A DNA stretch of 64,000 bases. It comes from an uncultured Actinomycetes bacterium. GTDB lineage: Bacteria > Actinomycetota > UBA4738 > HRBIN12. The notes beneath the pieces are model-generated. The model worked only from the letters and a program-made list of their open reading frames with translations. It did no database searches and was not told the DNA's origin. The DNA lies in assembly GCA_963797635.1 (NCBI GenBank), contig CAWCPZ010000011.1, forward strand, positions 386,667 to 450,666, read 5' to 3'. Below, piece by piece: positions 50,866 to 60,054 of the stretch (position 1 is its first letter; each line of letters starts with the position of its first letter). The position numbers and the translations under genes are program-made.

Positions 50866-51296
50866 GCGCTGCCCGTCGAGCCGAACCCGCCCGCGCCACG
50901 GGCGCTGTCCGGCAGCGCGTCGACCCAGCCGGGGACCACCGATGGCAGCGCCACGATCACCAGCTGCGCGATGCGTTCTCCCTTCGTGATCGTCACGGCG
51001 TCGGTTCGGTCGAGGTTGACCACGGCCACGATCAGCTCGCCGCGGTAGCCGGCGTCGATCAGGCCTGGCGCGTTCGCCAGGGTGAGGCCGTGCTTGGAGG
51101 CAAGCCCGGAACGAGGCAGGACGAGCCCGGCGTGCCCGTCGGGGATCGCCACCGCGACCCCGGTCGGGATCATCGCCCGCTCCCCCGGGAGCACCTCCAC
51201 GTCGGCGTTCGCCCGAAGGTCGAGTCCGGCGTCGCCGGGATGGTGCGCCTCCGGCAACGCGGCGCCCGGATCGATGCGACGGAACGGCAGATCCAT
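50862..51296 (-). CDS. dut: dUTP diphosphatase
   Basis: 144 aa; AGLDLRA, LVLPRSGLASKHG, GLIDAGYRGEL. Confidence 0.92.
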   Translation of the reverse strand: MDLPFRRIDPGAALPEAHHPGDAGLDLRANADVEVLPGERAMIPTGVAVAIPDGHAGLVLPRSGLASKHGLTLANAPGLIDAGYRGELIVAVVNLDRTDAVTITKGERIAQLVIVALPSVVPGWVDALPDSARGAGGFGSTGSA

Positions 51297-51679
51297 CAGC
51301 CCGACACCGCTTCGATCAACTCGAGCCGGTTGCCGAACGGATCGCGCAGGTACCAGCGCTCGTGACCGTCGAGCTGGGTGTCGTCCTCCACCGCGAGGCC
51401 GGCCGACTCCACGCGCTCGCGCAACGCGCGGAGGCCACGGATCCGCAGCGCCGGATGCGCCTTGGTCGATGCTCGGAAACCGTCCTCCACGCCGAGGTGG
51501 AGCTCGGTGGCACCCGACCGGAACCAGCGGCCGCCGCGCGCCGCCAGGTGCTCGGGTTTCGGGACGACCTCGAACGCCAGGACGCCCGCGTAGAACGCCT
51601 CGGCGTCGGGCTCCCTGCCGGGCGGCATCGCCAGCTGCACGTGGTGGAAGCCTTCGACGGAGAACGACGGGTCGCTCAC
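51296..51679 (-). CDS. VOC (glyoxalase/bleomycin-resistance) family protein, copy 1
   Basis: 127 aa; FHHVQLAMPPGRE...DPFGNRLELIE. Confidence 0.8.
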   Translation of the reverse strand: MSDPSFSVEGFHHVQLAMPPGREPDAEAFYAGVLAFEVVPKPEHLAARGGRWFRSGATELHLGVEDGFRASTKAHPALRIRGLRALRERVESAGLAVEDDTQLDGHERWYLRDPFGNRLELIEAVSG

Positions 51680-52101
51680 GCCGCCTCGATCAGCTCCACC
51701 CGGTTGCCGAACGGATCGCGAACGTACACGCGGTGGAAGCCCTCCATCTCCACGGTGTCGGTGACGCGGTATCCCGCAGCCTCGATCCGTTCGCGGAGCG
51801 TCTCCAATCCGCTGACCAGGAACGCGGGATGCGCCTTGTGCGCCGGCGTGAACGAGGTCTCCTCGACCCCCAGATGCACCTCGAGATCTCCCTTGCGGAA
51901 CCAGACACCCCCGGCGGGTGAGAGCAGGTCGGGCTTGGGGATGCGCTCCAGGCCCAGGATGGCGCCGTAGAACCGCGCCGCGGCGTCCTCCTCACCGGGT
52001 GGCATCGCGAGCTGCACGTGGTGCAGGCCCACGAGCCCGCTCTCTTCGATGGTCATGGCGCGCACAGTAGCCGACCGGGGCGCTGCGTCGTCAACAGACA
52101 C
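51676..52101 (-). CDS. VOC (glyoxalase/bleomycin-resistance) family protein, copy 2 (tandem paralog; start may be the internal MTIEESG)
   Basis: 141 aa; LHHVQLAMPPGEE...DPFGNRVELIE; ~50% identity to copy 1 by eye. Confidence 0.8.
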   Translation of the reverse strand: MSVDDAAPRSATVRAMTIEESGLVGLHHVQLAMPPGEEDAAARFYGAILGLERIPKPDLLSPAGGVWFRKGDLEVHLGVEETSFTPAHKAHPAFLVSGLETLRERIEAAGYRVTDTVEMEGFHRVYVRDPFGNRVELIEAA

Positions 52102-52161
52102 GGGGACACCGGACGCACGAAGGCCGGGGCACGGGCGCCCCGGCCTGTCGTGGTCGTTCCG

Positions 52162-54915
52162 CTACGAGCAGCCGCTGGTGCTGCCGCAGCTCGAGCACAC
52201 GTAGCACGAGCCGGCCGGCTGCATCTTCGAGCCACACGAGTAGCAGAGCGGCGCGTCGAGCGCCCTCGCCGTCTGCTTGTCGGTGACCTCGATCAGGTGC
52301 GGCGCCTCGGCCGGCACGTCCACCGGCGCGGGAGCCTCGAGCGCTGGTTGCTCGCTCTTGGCCGCGATCTCGGCCTGCACCGACTCCGTGCGCTCGGCGA
52401 TCGACTTGATGCCGAGCCCCTCCCGGGTTTCCTCCGGCAGATGGTCGAGCGCCAGGCGCCGGAACACGTAGTCGAGCAACGACGACGCGAACCGGATGTC
52501 GGGGTCGTTCGTCATGCCGCTGGGCTCGAACTTCAGGTTGATGAACTTCGAGACGTAGGTCTCCAGCGGCACGCCGTACTGCAACCCGATGGAGACCGCG
52601 ATCGAGAAGGCGTCCATCACCCCGCTGAGGGTGGAGCCCTGCTTCGAGGTCTTGAGGAACACCTCGCCGAGCCCGTCGTCGGGGTAGGAGCCCGCCGTGA
52701 TGTAGCCCTCGGCATCGCCCACCTGGAACGAGGTGGTGAGCGACGGGCGCGACATCGGCAGGCGCTTGCGCACCGGGTGCGCCAACTCGGGCGGCTCGGG
52801 CTGGGCGGCCGACTGCTTCTTGTCGGCCGACAGCGGCTGGGCGACCTTGCAGTTGTCGCGGTAGATCGCGACCGCCTTCAGACCGAGCTTCCACGACTCG
52901 ACGAAGAGCTGTTCCACCTCTTCGATCGTGGCTTCTTCGGGCATGTTCACGGTCTTGGAGATCGCGCCCGAGATGAACGGCTGGGCAGCCGCCATCATGC
53001 GGACGTGGCCCATGTAGTGGATGGGCTGGGCCCCCATGGCCGTGTCGAACACCGAGTAGTGCTCGACCTTCAGGTGCGGCGCCTCGACCACCGAGTTGTG
53101 CTCGGCGATGTACGCGACGATGTCGTCGACCTGCTCGGGGTCGTAGCCCAGCTTGTCGAGCGCCCTGGGCACCGTCTGGTTCACGAACTGCATCGTGCCG
53201 CCACCGACCAGCTTCTTGGTCTTGACCAATGCCAGCTCGGGTTCGATGCCGGTGGTGTCGCAGTCCATCATCAAGCCGATCGTGCCGGTGGGAGCGAGCA
53301 CGCTGGCCTGCGCGTTCCGGTAGCCGTGCAGCTCGCCCAGCGAGATGGCCTCGTCCCACGACTGCTTCGCGGCACTGAGCATGCCCTCGGGCACGAGCTC
53401 GGGGTCGATCTCGTCGGCCGCCGCGCGGTGCTTCTTGATGACGCGGATCATGGCGTCGCGGTTGGGCTCGAACCCGGCGAACGGTCCCATGACCTCGGCG
53501 ATGCGAGCACTGGTTCGGTAGGCCTGGCCGGTCATGATCGCCGTGATGGCGCCGGCCCAGGCACGTCCGCCGTCGGAGTCGTACGGCAGTCCTCGCGCCA
53601 TGAGGAGCGCGCCGAGGTTGGCGTACCCGAGGCCCAGCTGACGATAGTCGCGCGCGTTCTTCGCGATCTTCTCGGTCGGGTAGTCGGACTCGCCCACGAC
53701 GATCTCCTGGGCGGTGAACACGACCTCGACCGCCCGCTTGTAGCTGGCGACATCGAACGAGCCGTCCTCGTTCAGGAACTTCATGAGGTTGAGCGACGCG
53801 AGGTTGCACGCGGAGTTGTCCAGGTGCATGTACTCGCTGCACGGGTTGGAGCCGTTGATCCGGCCCGATGCCGGGCACGTGTGCCACTCGTTGATGGTGG
53901 TGTCGTACTGCATGCCGGGATCGGCACACTGCCACGCCGCGTCGGCGATCTGGCGCATCAGGTCGCGGGCGCGCACGGTGGCGACCGTCTCGTCGCTGGT
54001 GACGGCCTTCAGCTTCCAGTCCTGGTCCTGCTCGAACGCCCGCATGAACTCGTCGGTCACCCGCACCGAGTTGTTGGCGTTCTGATACTGGATCGAGGCG
54101 CTGTCCTTGCCGTCGAGGTCCATGTCGAACCCGGCGTCACGCAGCGCGCGAGCCTTGTGCTCTTCGTTGGACTTGCACCAGATGAAGTCCTCGACGTCGG
54201 GATGGTCGACGTTCAGGATCACCATCTTGGCGGCCCGTCGCGTCTTGCCGCCCGACTTGATCGTGCCGGCCGACGCGTCGGCGCCGCGCATGAAGCTCAC
54301 CGGCCCGCTCGCCGTGCCGCCGCCCGCCAGCGTCTCCTTCGACGAGCGGATCTTGCTCAGGTTGATGCCGGAGCCCGAGCCGCCCTTGAAGATCGTGCCT
54401 TCTTCGACGTACCAGTTGAGGATGGAGCTCATGTGGTCGTCGACCGCCAGGATGAAGCACGCCGAACACTGCTGCGGCGTGTCGGGCACCCCGACGTTGA
54501 ACCACACGGGCGAGTTGAAGGCGGCCTTCTGGGTGACGATCAGGTGGGTCAGCTCATCGGCGAAGACCTGCGCGTCGTCCTTCGAGGCGAAGTAGTGGTT
54601 CTTCTCGCCCCAGCCGCGGATCGTGTCCACGACCCGGCCGGCGAGCTGGCGGACGCTCGATTCGCGCTGCGGCGTGCCCAGGGTGCCTCGGAAGTACTTC
54701 TGCGCCACGATGTTCGTGGCGTTCTGGGACCAGGTCTTCGGGAACTCGACGTCCCGCTGCTCGAAGGCGTTGCCGCCCTCCTTGTAGTTCGGGATGACCG
54801 CGTCGCGGATCTCCCATTCCACGTCCTCGAACGGATGCCGTTCCTCGGTCGTGAAGTAGCGCGTGAACGTCAATCCCTCACGGATGACTTCGACGTCCCC
54901 CTCTTTGGTGGCCAC
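52162..54915 (-). CDS. nrdJ: adenosylcobalamin-dependent (class II) ribonucleoside-diphosphate reductase
   Basis: 917 aa; GTG start 8 nt after GGAAGGAGG; RNR barrel motifs (NPCSEYMHLDNSACNLASLNL, active-site region around VLAPTGTIG), C-terminal Cys-rich tail CYSCGSKMQPAGSCYVCSSCGS. Confidence 0.92.
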   Translation of the reverse strand: MATKEGDVEVIREGLTFTRYFTTEERHPFEDVEWEIRDAVIPNYKEGGNAFEQRDVEFPKTWSQNATNIVAQKYFRGTLGTPQRESSVRQLAGRVVDTIRGWGEKNHYFASKDDAQVFADELTHLIVTQKAAFNSPVWFNVGVPDTPQQCSACFILAVDDHMSSILNWYVEEGTIFKGGSGSGINLSKIRSSKETLAGGGTASGPVSFMRGADASAGTIKSGGKTRRAAKMVILNVDHPDVEDFIWCKSNEEHKARALRDAGFDMDLDGKDSASIQYQNANNSVRVTDEFMRAFEQDQDWKLKAVTSDETVATVRARDLMRQIADAAWQCADPGMQYDTTINEWHTCPASGRINGSNPCSEYMHLDNSACNLASLNLMKFLNEDGSFDVASYKRAVEVVFTAQEIVVGESDYPTEKIAKNARDYRQLGLGYANLGALLMARGLPYDSDGGRAWAGAITAIMTGQAYRTSARIAEVMGPFAGFEPNRDAMIRVIKKHRAAADEIDPELVPEGMLSAAKQSWDEAISLGELHGYRNAQASVLAPTGTIGLMMDCDTTGIEPELALVKTKKLVGGGTMQFVNQTVPRALDKLGYDPEQVDDIVAYIAEHNSVVEAPHLKVEHYSVFDTAMGAQPIHYMGHVRMMAAAQPFISGAISKTVNMPEEATIEEVEQLFVESWKLGLKAVAIYRDNCKVAQPLSADKKQSAAQPEPPELAHPVRKRLPMSRPSLTTSFQVGDAEGYITAGSYPDDGLGEVFLKTSKQGSTLSGVMDAFSIAVSIGLQYGVPLETYVSKFINLKFEPSGMTNDPDIRFASSLLDYVFRRLALDHLPEETREGLGIKSIAERTESVQAEIAAKSEQPALEAPAPVDVPAEAPHLIEVTDKQTARALDAPLCYSCGSKMQPAGSCYVCSSCGSTSGCS

Positions 54916-55001
54916 CTACACACCCCTCCTTCCGTCTTGCTTGCTACCGCCCGTTCCGTACCGCGTGGGGAAGATCACATCGGTGGAATCACAGGGACGT
55001 G

Positions 55002-55030
55002 ATTCTTGCCCGAGGGCGGGGAGGTGTCAA
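55002..55030 (-). promoter_or_regulatory. putative sigma-70-type promoter for nrdJ (-35 TTGACA 55025-55030, 17-nt spacer, -10 AAGAAT 55002-55007, minus sense)
   Basis: Read from the sequence; lies just downstream of two NrdR boxes and ~90 nt upstream of the nrdJ start. Confidence 0.35.
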
Positions 55031-55039
55031 CACCATTCT

Positions 55040-55085
55040 CCCAATATCTTGACGGTTCGACACCCTTGACCCACTACATCTTGTG
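55040..55085 (-). promoter_or_regulatory. tandem NrdR boxes (box 2 55040-55053 GTCAAGATATTGGG; box 1 55072-55085 CACAAGATGTAGTG; centre-to-centre 32 bp)
   Basis: Two imperfect palindromes matching the NrdR-box pattern and three-helical-turn spacing, between nrdR and nrdJ. Confidence 0.65.
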
Positions 55086-55223
55086 CTTTCGGGGCACTCT
55101 CCCATCCGCCTCGTGCAGGCTACGCGGCGTGGGTGTGGACAGGCAGCGGAGAGGCGGTGGACAACCGGATTCCTGTCGAACTTTCGGGCCGGCGGCGTCC
55201 GTGACGTGACCGGAGGCGCGGGG

Positions 55224-55700
55224 CTAGGAGCTGGATCGGCGCTTGGCCGGGACCTTCTTCTGGAGGGAGACCAGCTCGCGCTCGAAGTCGGCCGCCCCTT
55301 CGAAATCCTTGTACACCGATGCGAACCGGAGGTAGGCGACCTCGTCGGTCTTGCGGAGGGCGGCCAGGACCTCGCCTCCCACCACCTGGGAGGACACCTC
55401 GGGCCCGCGCCGACGCAACCGAGCCTGGATGCGTTCCACCATGTCCTCGACCTCGGTGGGCATGACCGGACGATCCGCGAGCGCGTTGCGGATCCCGGCC
55501 GCCAGCTTCTCGCGGCTGAACGGATCCTTGGACCCGTCGCGCTTGACCACGACCAGGCCCACATCCTCGATCCGTTCGAAGGTGGTGTAGCGGCGGGTGC
55601 ACGCGGCACATTCGCGCCGTCGACGGATGGCCTCGCCACCGTCGGCGGGCCGGGAGTCGATGACGCGATCCTCGTCGGCGTCGCACCATGGGCATCGCAT
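55224..55700 (-). CDS. nrdR: transcriptional repressor NrdR
   Basis: MRCPWCDADEDRVIDSR...ECAACTRRYTTFE zinc ribbon + ATP-cone; the first five codons of the track ORF precede the conserved MxCPxC start. Confidence 0.92.
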   Translation of the reverse strand: MRCPWCDADEDRVIDSRPADGGEAIRRRRECAACTRRYTTFERIEDVGLVVVKRDGSKDPFSREKLAAGIRNALADRPVMPTEVEDMVERIQARLRRRGPEVSSQVVGGEVLAALRKTDEVAYLRFASVYKDFEGAADFERELVSLQKKVPAKRRSSS

Positions 55701-55794
55701 GATCGGGGTAGCCACAAGATGTTGTGGCTCGGCGCACCGTACCCGCGTGCTGGATGAGCGTCAACGCGGGGTCCTCCGAACCGCCCCGGCGGCC

Positions 55795-56088
55795 TCAGCC
55801 GAGCGCGGGGATGCGGAGCACCGCGCCGGGAACGAGCGAACCCGCGTCGACCCCGTTGGCGTCCTGGATGGCCTGGATGACCGGACGCGGATCGCCAGCA
55901 GGCGCGATACGGGACGCGATGGCCCACAAGGTGTCGCCCTGCCGCACCACGTAGGTGCGTTGGCTCACCCGCTGGACGCCATCGCCGTGGGACCCGAGGG
56001 CGCTGGCGACCTGCCCGGTGCCGATGAGCCCGAGGCCCACCACGACAGCGAGCGCCACGACCCGTCGACGAACGTGTGTTCGGTGCAT
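55795..56088 (-). CDS. LysM peptidoglycan-binding domain membrane protein (Rv2719c-like), divergent from lexA
   Basis: Start moved to MHRTHVRRRVVALAVVVGLG because the longer ORF (to 56181) would cover both LexA boxes; LysM motif YVVRQGDTLWAIASRI. Confidence 0.78.
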   Translation of the reverse strand: MHRTHVRRRVVALAVVVGLGLIGTGQVASALGSHGDGVQRVSQRTYVVRQGDTLWAIASRIAPAGDPRPVIQAIQDANGVDAGSLVPGAVLRIPALG

Positions 56089-56101
56089 GGCGTCATGGTG
56101 C

Positions 56102-56156
56102 TCGAACGCCTGTTCGAAGTCAAGCCCGTTCTCGAACATATGTTTGCACCCCTCCC
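56102..56156. promoter_or_regulatory. two LexA (Cheo-type SOS) boxes: TCGAACgcctGTTCGA (56102-56117, perfect) and TCGAACatatGTTTGC (56141-56156, one mismatch)
   Basis: Exact match to the Gram-positive/actinobacterial Cheo consensus in the lexA/LysM divergent intergenic region. Confidence 0.85.
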
Positions 56157-56201
56157 GGTTGGCTGCTAGCGTCGCGGCCATCGAGGAGGAGGCTAGTGAC
56201 C

Positions 56202-56816
56202 ATGTCTGACACGACGTCGATCACCCCGCGCCAACAGCGCATCCTGGACTTCATCGCCGAGACCGTCCGCGATCGGGGCTACCCACCCACCGTGCGCGAG
56301 ATCGGCGAAGCCGTGGGGCTCACCTCGTCCTCCAGCGTCCACGCCCAGCTCGAGAACCTCGAGCGCAAGGGCCTCCTGCACAAGGACCCCACGAAGCCGC
56401 GCGCCATGAGCTTGAGTGAGCCCAGGGCGTCGTCGATCACGGTCCCGCTGGTGGGCCGGATCGCCGCCGGCGCCCCGGTCATGGCCGCCGAACACGTCGA
56501 GGAGTACCTGGCGGTGCCCGAGGGGTTCGCGGGCGACACCGAGCATTTCGCGTTGAAGGTGGCGGGCGAGTCCATGATCGGCGCGGGCATCTTCGACGGT
56601 GACGTCGTGGTGATCCGCTCGCAGGACCACGCCCGCGACGGCGACATCGTGGCCGCGCTGCTCCCCGGTCCGGCCGAGGACGAGGCCACCGTGAAGCGCT
56701 TCGGTCACGACGGCGACCGCGTCATGCTGATCCCGGAGAACCCGGCGCTCGAGCCCTTCGAGATGGCCGACGGTCGCATCATGGGCAAGGTCGTCGCCGT
56801 CCTCCGCAAGCTCTGA
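56202..56816 (+). CDS. lexA: LexA repressor
   Basis: MSDTTSITPRQQRILDFI wHTH, cleavage site region VGRIAAGAP, Ser/Lys dyad (GESM...VKRF); the upstream 42 codons of the track ORF overlap the Cheo boxes. Confidence 0.93.
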   Translation: MSDTTSITPRQQRILDFIAETVRDRGYPPTVREIGEAVGLTSSSSVHAQLENLERKGLLHKDPTKPRAMSLSEPRASSITVPLVGRIAAGAPVMAAEHVEEYLAVPEGFAGDTEHFALKVAGESMIGAGIFDGDVVVIRSQDHARDGDIVAALLPGPAEDEATVKRFGHDGDRVMLIPENPALEPFEMADGRIMGKVVAVLRKL

Positions 56817-56888
56817 ATCACCGACCTCCGCGCTCCGCCGGGGTAGGCTTCGGCCACCGCAGAGGGTGGGATCGATGAGGAGAGCGAC

Positions 56889-57870
56889 ATGACGACGAAC
56901 CTGGAGCGGCAGATCCGCTCACAACCGGATGCGCTCCGCGAGCTGCTGACGTCCCACGAGACCCGGTCGCAGGTGCACATCGCTGCCGAAGGGCTCCACC
57001 GGGCCCATCGCATCTGGCTGGTGGGCACGGGCTCCAGCCTGCATGCGGCTGAACTCGGCGCCGCCCTCCTCGCCGAGGCGGGCAGGGCAGCCACGGTGGT
57101 GCCGGCCATGCGGTTCGTCACCACGGCCCCCGTGATCGGTCCGCACGATTCGATCGTCGTGATCAGCCACACGGGCGAGACGGCGTATGCGCTGGCCGCC
57201 CGCGCGCTGGCCTTCGAGCACAGCATCGACACCATCACGATCACCCGCCGTGGCGCCGGTCTGCCCCACTCCATCGAGACCGTCCCCAAGGAGACGTCCG
57301 AGACCTACACGGCCAGCTACACGGCGACGTTGTTCGTCTTGGCGCTGCTGGCCAAGGACCTCGGCGCCGACACCATCACGGACGACGCCGTCGCGACGAT
57401 CCCCGATGCCGTGGCCACGGCGGTCGAGCACCCGGGCATCGACGGCATCGAGGCCCCGAAGCGGCTGTTGGTCTTCACCGCCTCGGGCATCACGGCCACC
57501 ACCGCCTCGGAATCGGCCCTGAAGTCCCGGGAGGCGGCCCGGATCGCCGCCGAAGGCTTCGACGTGGAGTACCTGCTGCACGGCCAGGCCGTCCCGTTGG
57601 ACGGACGCGACCGCCTCGTCGTCCTCGATCCTCCGGACGAGGCGTTGCTCGGGTCCGTGGCGTCCGCCGCCGCAGGCGGCCGGGGTCGCGGTCTCCACGA
57701 TCCACGAGCCCGCCGACCTCCACCCGTTGCTCGCCCAGATCCCGCTCAGCGTGCGAGGCCAGATGCTGGCCCTGCGCATGGCCGAGGCCACCGGGACCGA
57801 TCCGGACACCGTCATGGTGGGGCCGTGGGCGGACGACGCGATCTGGCGCGTCGGCGCGCCCGAGTCCTGA
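56889..57870 (+). CDS. SIS-domain sugar phosphate isomerase/aminotransferase-like protein; C-terminus in +1 frame after an indel near 57690-57700
   Basis: LVGTGSSLHAAELGAALL SIS motif; track ORF runs into Arg/Pro nonsense after SVASAAAGG, whereas the adjacent frame reads VSTIHEPADLHPLLAQIPLSVRGQMLALRMAEATGTDPDTVMVGPWADDAIWRVGAPES*. Confidence 0.75.
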
Positions 57871-57879
57871 GCCGACCGG

Positions 57880-59229
57880 TCAGCCGGCCTGGGTGCGACG
57901 CTCCGAGCGCACGAACTCGCGCACGGCCGCCAGCTCGCGCAATCCCACGCGCGCATGCACCACGGTGCCCGAGGCGTCGTGGCGCGTGGAGAGCACCTCG
58001 GCGTCGCGGTACAGCCTCGCCGTCAGATCCTCACGGCCGTAGGGCACCAGGAGCTCCACCTCCACCGGCGGGTGCGGCAGCCGTTCGTCCAGCGTGAGGA
58101 CGAGCCCGTCGATGCCCTCGCCCGTCAACGCCGACACCGGCACGGACCCGGGGTGGCGGCGGGCCAGCCGAGCCCGATCCGAGCCGCGCACCTCGTCGAT
58201 CTTGTTCAGGACCAGCACCTCGGGGATGTCGCCCGCGCCGATCTCGGCCAGCACCCGCCGGACGGCGTCGATCTGCTCGTCCAGGTGCGGCGAGGCGGCA
58301 TCGGCGATGTGGACGACCAGCTCCGCCAACGTGACCTCCTCCAGCGTGGACCGGAAGGCCTCGACGAGGTCGTGCGGCAGCTTCCCCACGAACCCCACCG
58401 TGTCGCTGATCGTGCATCGTCGACCGCCGGGGAGCTTCAGCCGTCGCACGGTGGGATCGAGGGTCGCGAACAGCTGGTCGGCCACGAGCACCTCGGCCCC
58501 GGTGACGCGGTTCAGCAGGGTGGACTTGCCGGCGTTCGTGTAGCCCGCGATCGCGGCCTGCGGGATGCCGCTGGCCTGGCGGCGTGAGCGCTTGGTCTCG
58601 CGGGTCTTGGCCATGGTGCGGATGTCGCGGCGCAGCTTGGAGATCCGCCGCTGCAGGTGCTGGCGGTCGACCTCCATCTTCGTCTCGCCGCCGCCGAACC
58701 GGGTGCCGATGCCACCCCCGGAGCGGCTCATCGCCTCGCCCCAGCCACGGAGGCGGGGCAGGAGGTAGTTCAGCTGCGCGAGCTCCACCTGCGCCTTGCC
58801 CTCACGGCTCCGGGCGTGGAGCGCGAAGATCTCCAGGATCAACGCGGTCCGGTCGATCACCTTGACCCCCAGGCGCGACTCCAAGGTGCGCAGGTGACCC
58901 GGCGTGAGCTCCTGGTCGAAGATCACCAGGGCCGCATCGTTGCGATGGACCTCGGTGTGCAGGTCCTCGAGCTTGCCCCGCCCGATCCACGTGGCCGGGT
59001 CGGGTTCGGTGCGCGACTGCACGACGCGGGCCACGGGCTCCGCCCCCGCCGAATCCGCCAGCGCGCTCAGTTCGTCGAGGTCGGCCTCCGCGATGCCGGG
59101 GCCGATGCCCACCAGCACCGCCTTCTCCCGGACGGACGGTCGCCAGGTCGCCGACAGCGGCGACTCGAGGGTGGTCGCCTCGGGGGGACGACGTCGCCGT
59201 TCGCGATCGGGAGCGCGTTCGTCCGTCAT
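57880..59229 (-). CDS. hflX: GTPase HflX (start MTDERAPDRE; the upstream 219 codons of the track ORF are read-through over dapD)
   Basis: N-terminal HflX domain, G-domain AIAGYTNAGKSTLLN, DTVGF, NKID; ATGA overlap with dapD. Confidence 0.9.
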   Translation of the reverse strand: MTDERAPDRERRRRPPEATTLESPLSATWRPSVREKAVLVGIGPGIAEADLDELSALADSAGAEPVARVVQSRTEPDPATWIGRGKLEDLHTEVHRNDAALVIFDQELTPGHLRTLESRLGVKVIDRTALILEIFALHARSREGKAQVELAQLNYLLPRLRGWGEAMSRSGGGIGTRFGGGETKMEVDRQHLQRRISKLRRDIRTMAKTRETKRSRRQASGIPQAAIAGYTNAGKSTLLNRVTGAEVLVADQLFATLDPTVRRLKLPGGRRCTISDTVGFVGKLPHDLVEAFRSTLEEVTLAELVVHIADAASPHLDEQIDAVRRVLAEIGAGDIPEVLVLNKIDEVRGSDRARLARRHPGSVPVSALTGEGIDGLVLTLDERLPHPPVEVELLVPYGREDLTARLYRDAEVLSTRHDASGTVVHARVGLRELAAVREFVRSERRTQAG

Positions 59230-60054
59230 CCCATGGAGGAGCCGAAGTCGCGGAGCAGGTCGTTGAGCCGCACCTTGTCGTCGGTGGCCTCGCTCCGGAA
59301 CCCGATGATCAGGCCGCACGGGAGCCCGTAGTCCCCTGCGGGGAACGAGCGCGGACGGGTGCCGGGGACCACGATCGCGTCCGGGGGCACGCTCCCCCGG
59401 TGCTCGGTCGGTGCATCGCCCGTCACGTCGATCACCGGGGTGTTCCCCGTCAGGACCACGCCGGCTCCCAGGACGGCGCGGGCGCCGACCCGCACGCCCT
59501 CCACGACGATGCAGCGCGACCCGATGAACGCCCCGTCCTCGATCACCACCGGGGCGGCCTGCAGCGGTTCGAGCACGCCGCCGATGCCCACACCGCCGGC
59601 CAGGTGCACGTCGGCCCCGATCTGGGCGCACGAGCCGACGGTGGCCCACGTGTCGACCATGGTGCCGGGGCCCACCCAGGCGCCGATGTTGACGTAGCTG
59701 GGCATCAGCACGACCCCGGGTGAGAGGAACGCGCCGTACCGGGCGGTGGCCGGCGGGACGACCCGCACGTCGAGGTCGTCGTAGCCGTGCTTGAGGGGAA
59801 GCTTGTCGTGGTACTCGAAGGGGCCGGATTCGGTGGAGGTCATCCCTCGCACGCGGAAGTAGAGCAGCACCGCCTGCTTCACCCACTGGTTGACGGTCCA
59901 GCCGCCGTCCCCGTCGGGTTCGGCGACGCGGATCTCCCCGCGATCCAGCAGACCGATCGCGGTCTCCACCGCCTCGGCGTCGAGGGGTTCGCCGTCCGCC
60001 TGCGCCTTCCAGGAGCGCTCGATGCGCTCGGCGAGGTCGTGCACGTCACTCACG
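59226..60054 (-). CDS. dapD: 2,3,4,5-tetrahydropyridine-2,6-dicarboxylate N-succinyltransferase (actinobacterial type), GTG start overlapping the dapC stop (GTGA)
   Basis: VSDVHDLAERIERSWKAQADGEPLDAEAVETAIGLLDRGEIRVAEP...NQWVKQAVLLYFR followed by left-handed beta-helix hexapeptide repeats. Confidence 0.85.

Noticed and set aside
55795-56181. Long form of the LysM gene starting at 56181
   Set aside because: It would place both LexA operators inside the coding sequence and add a non-conserved 31-residue leader; the in-frame ATG at 56088 gives the expected TM-LysM architecture.
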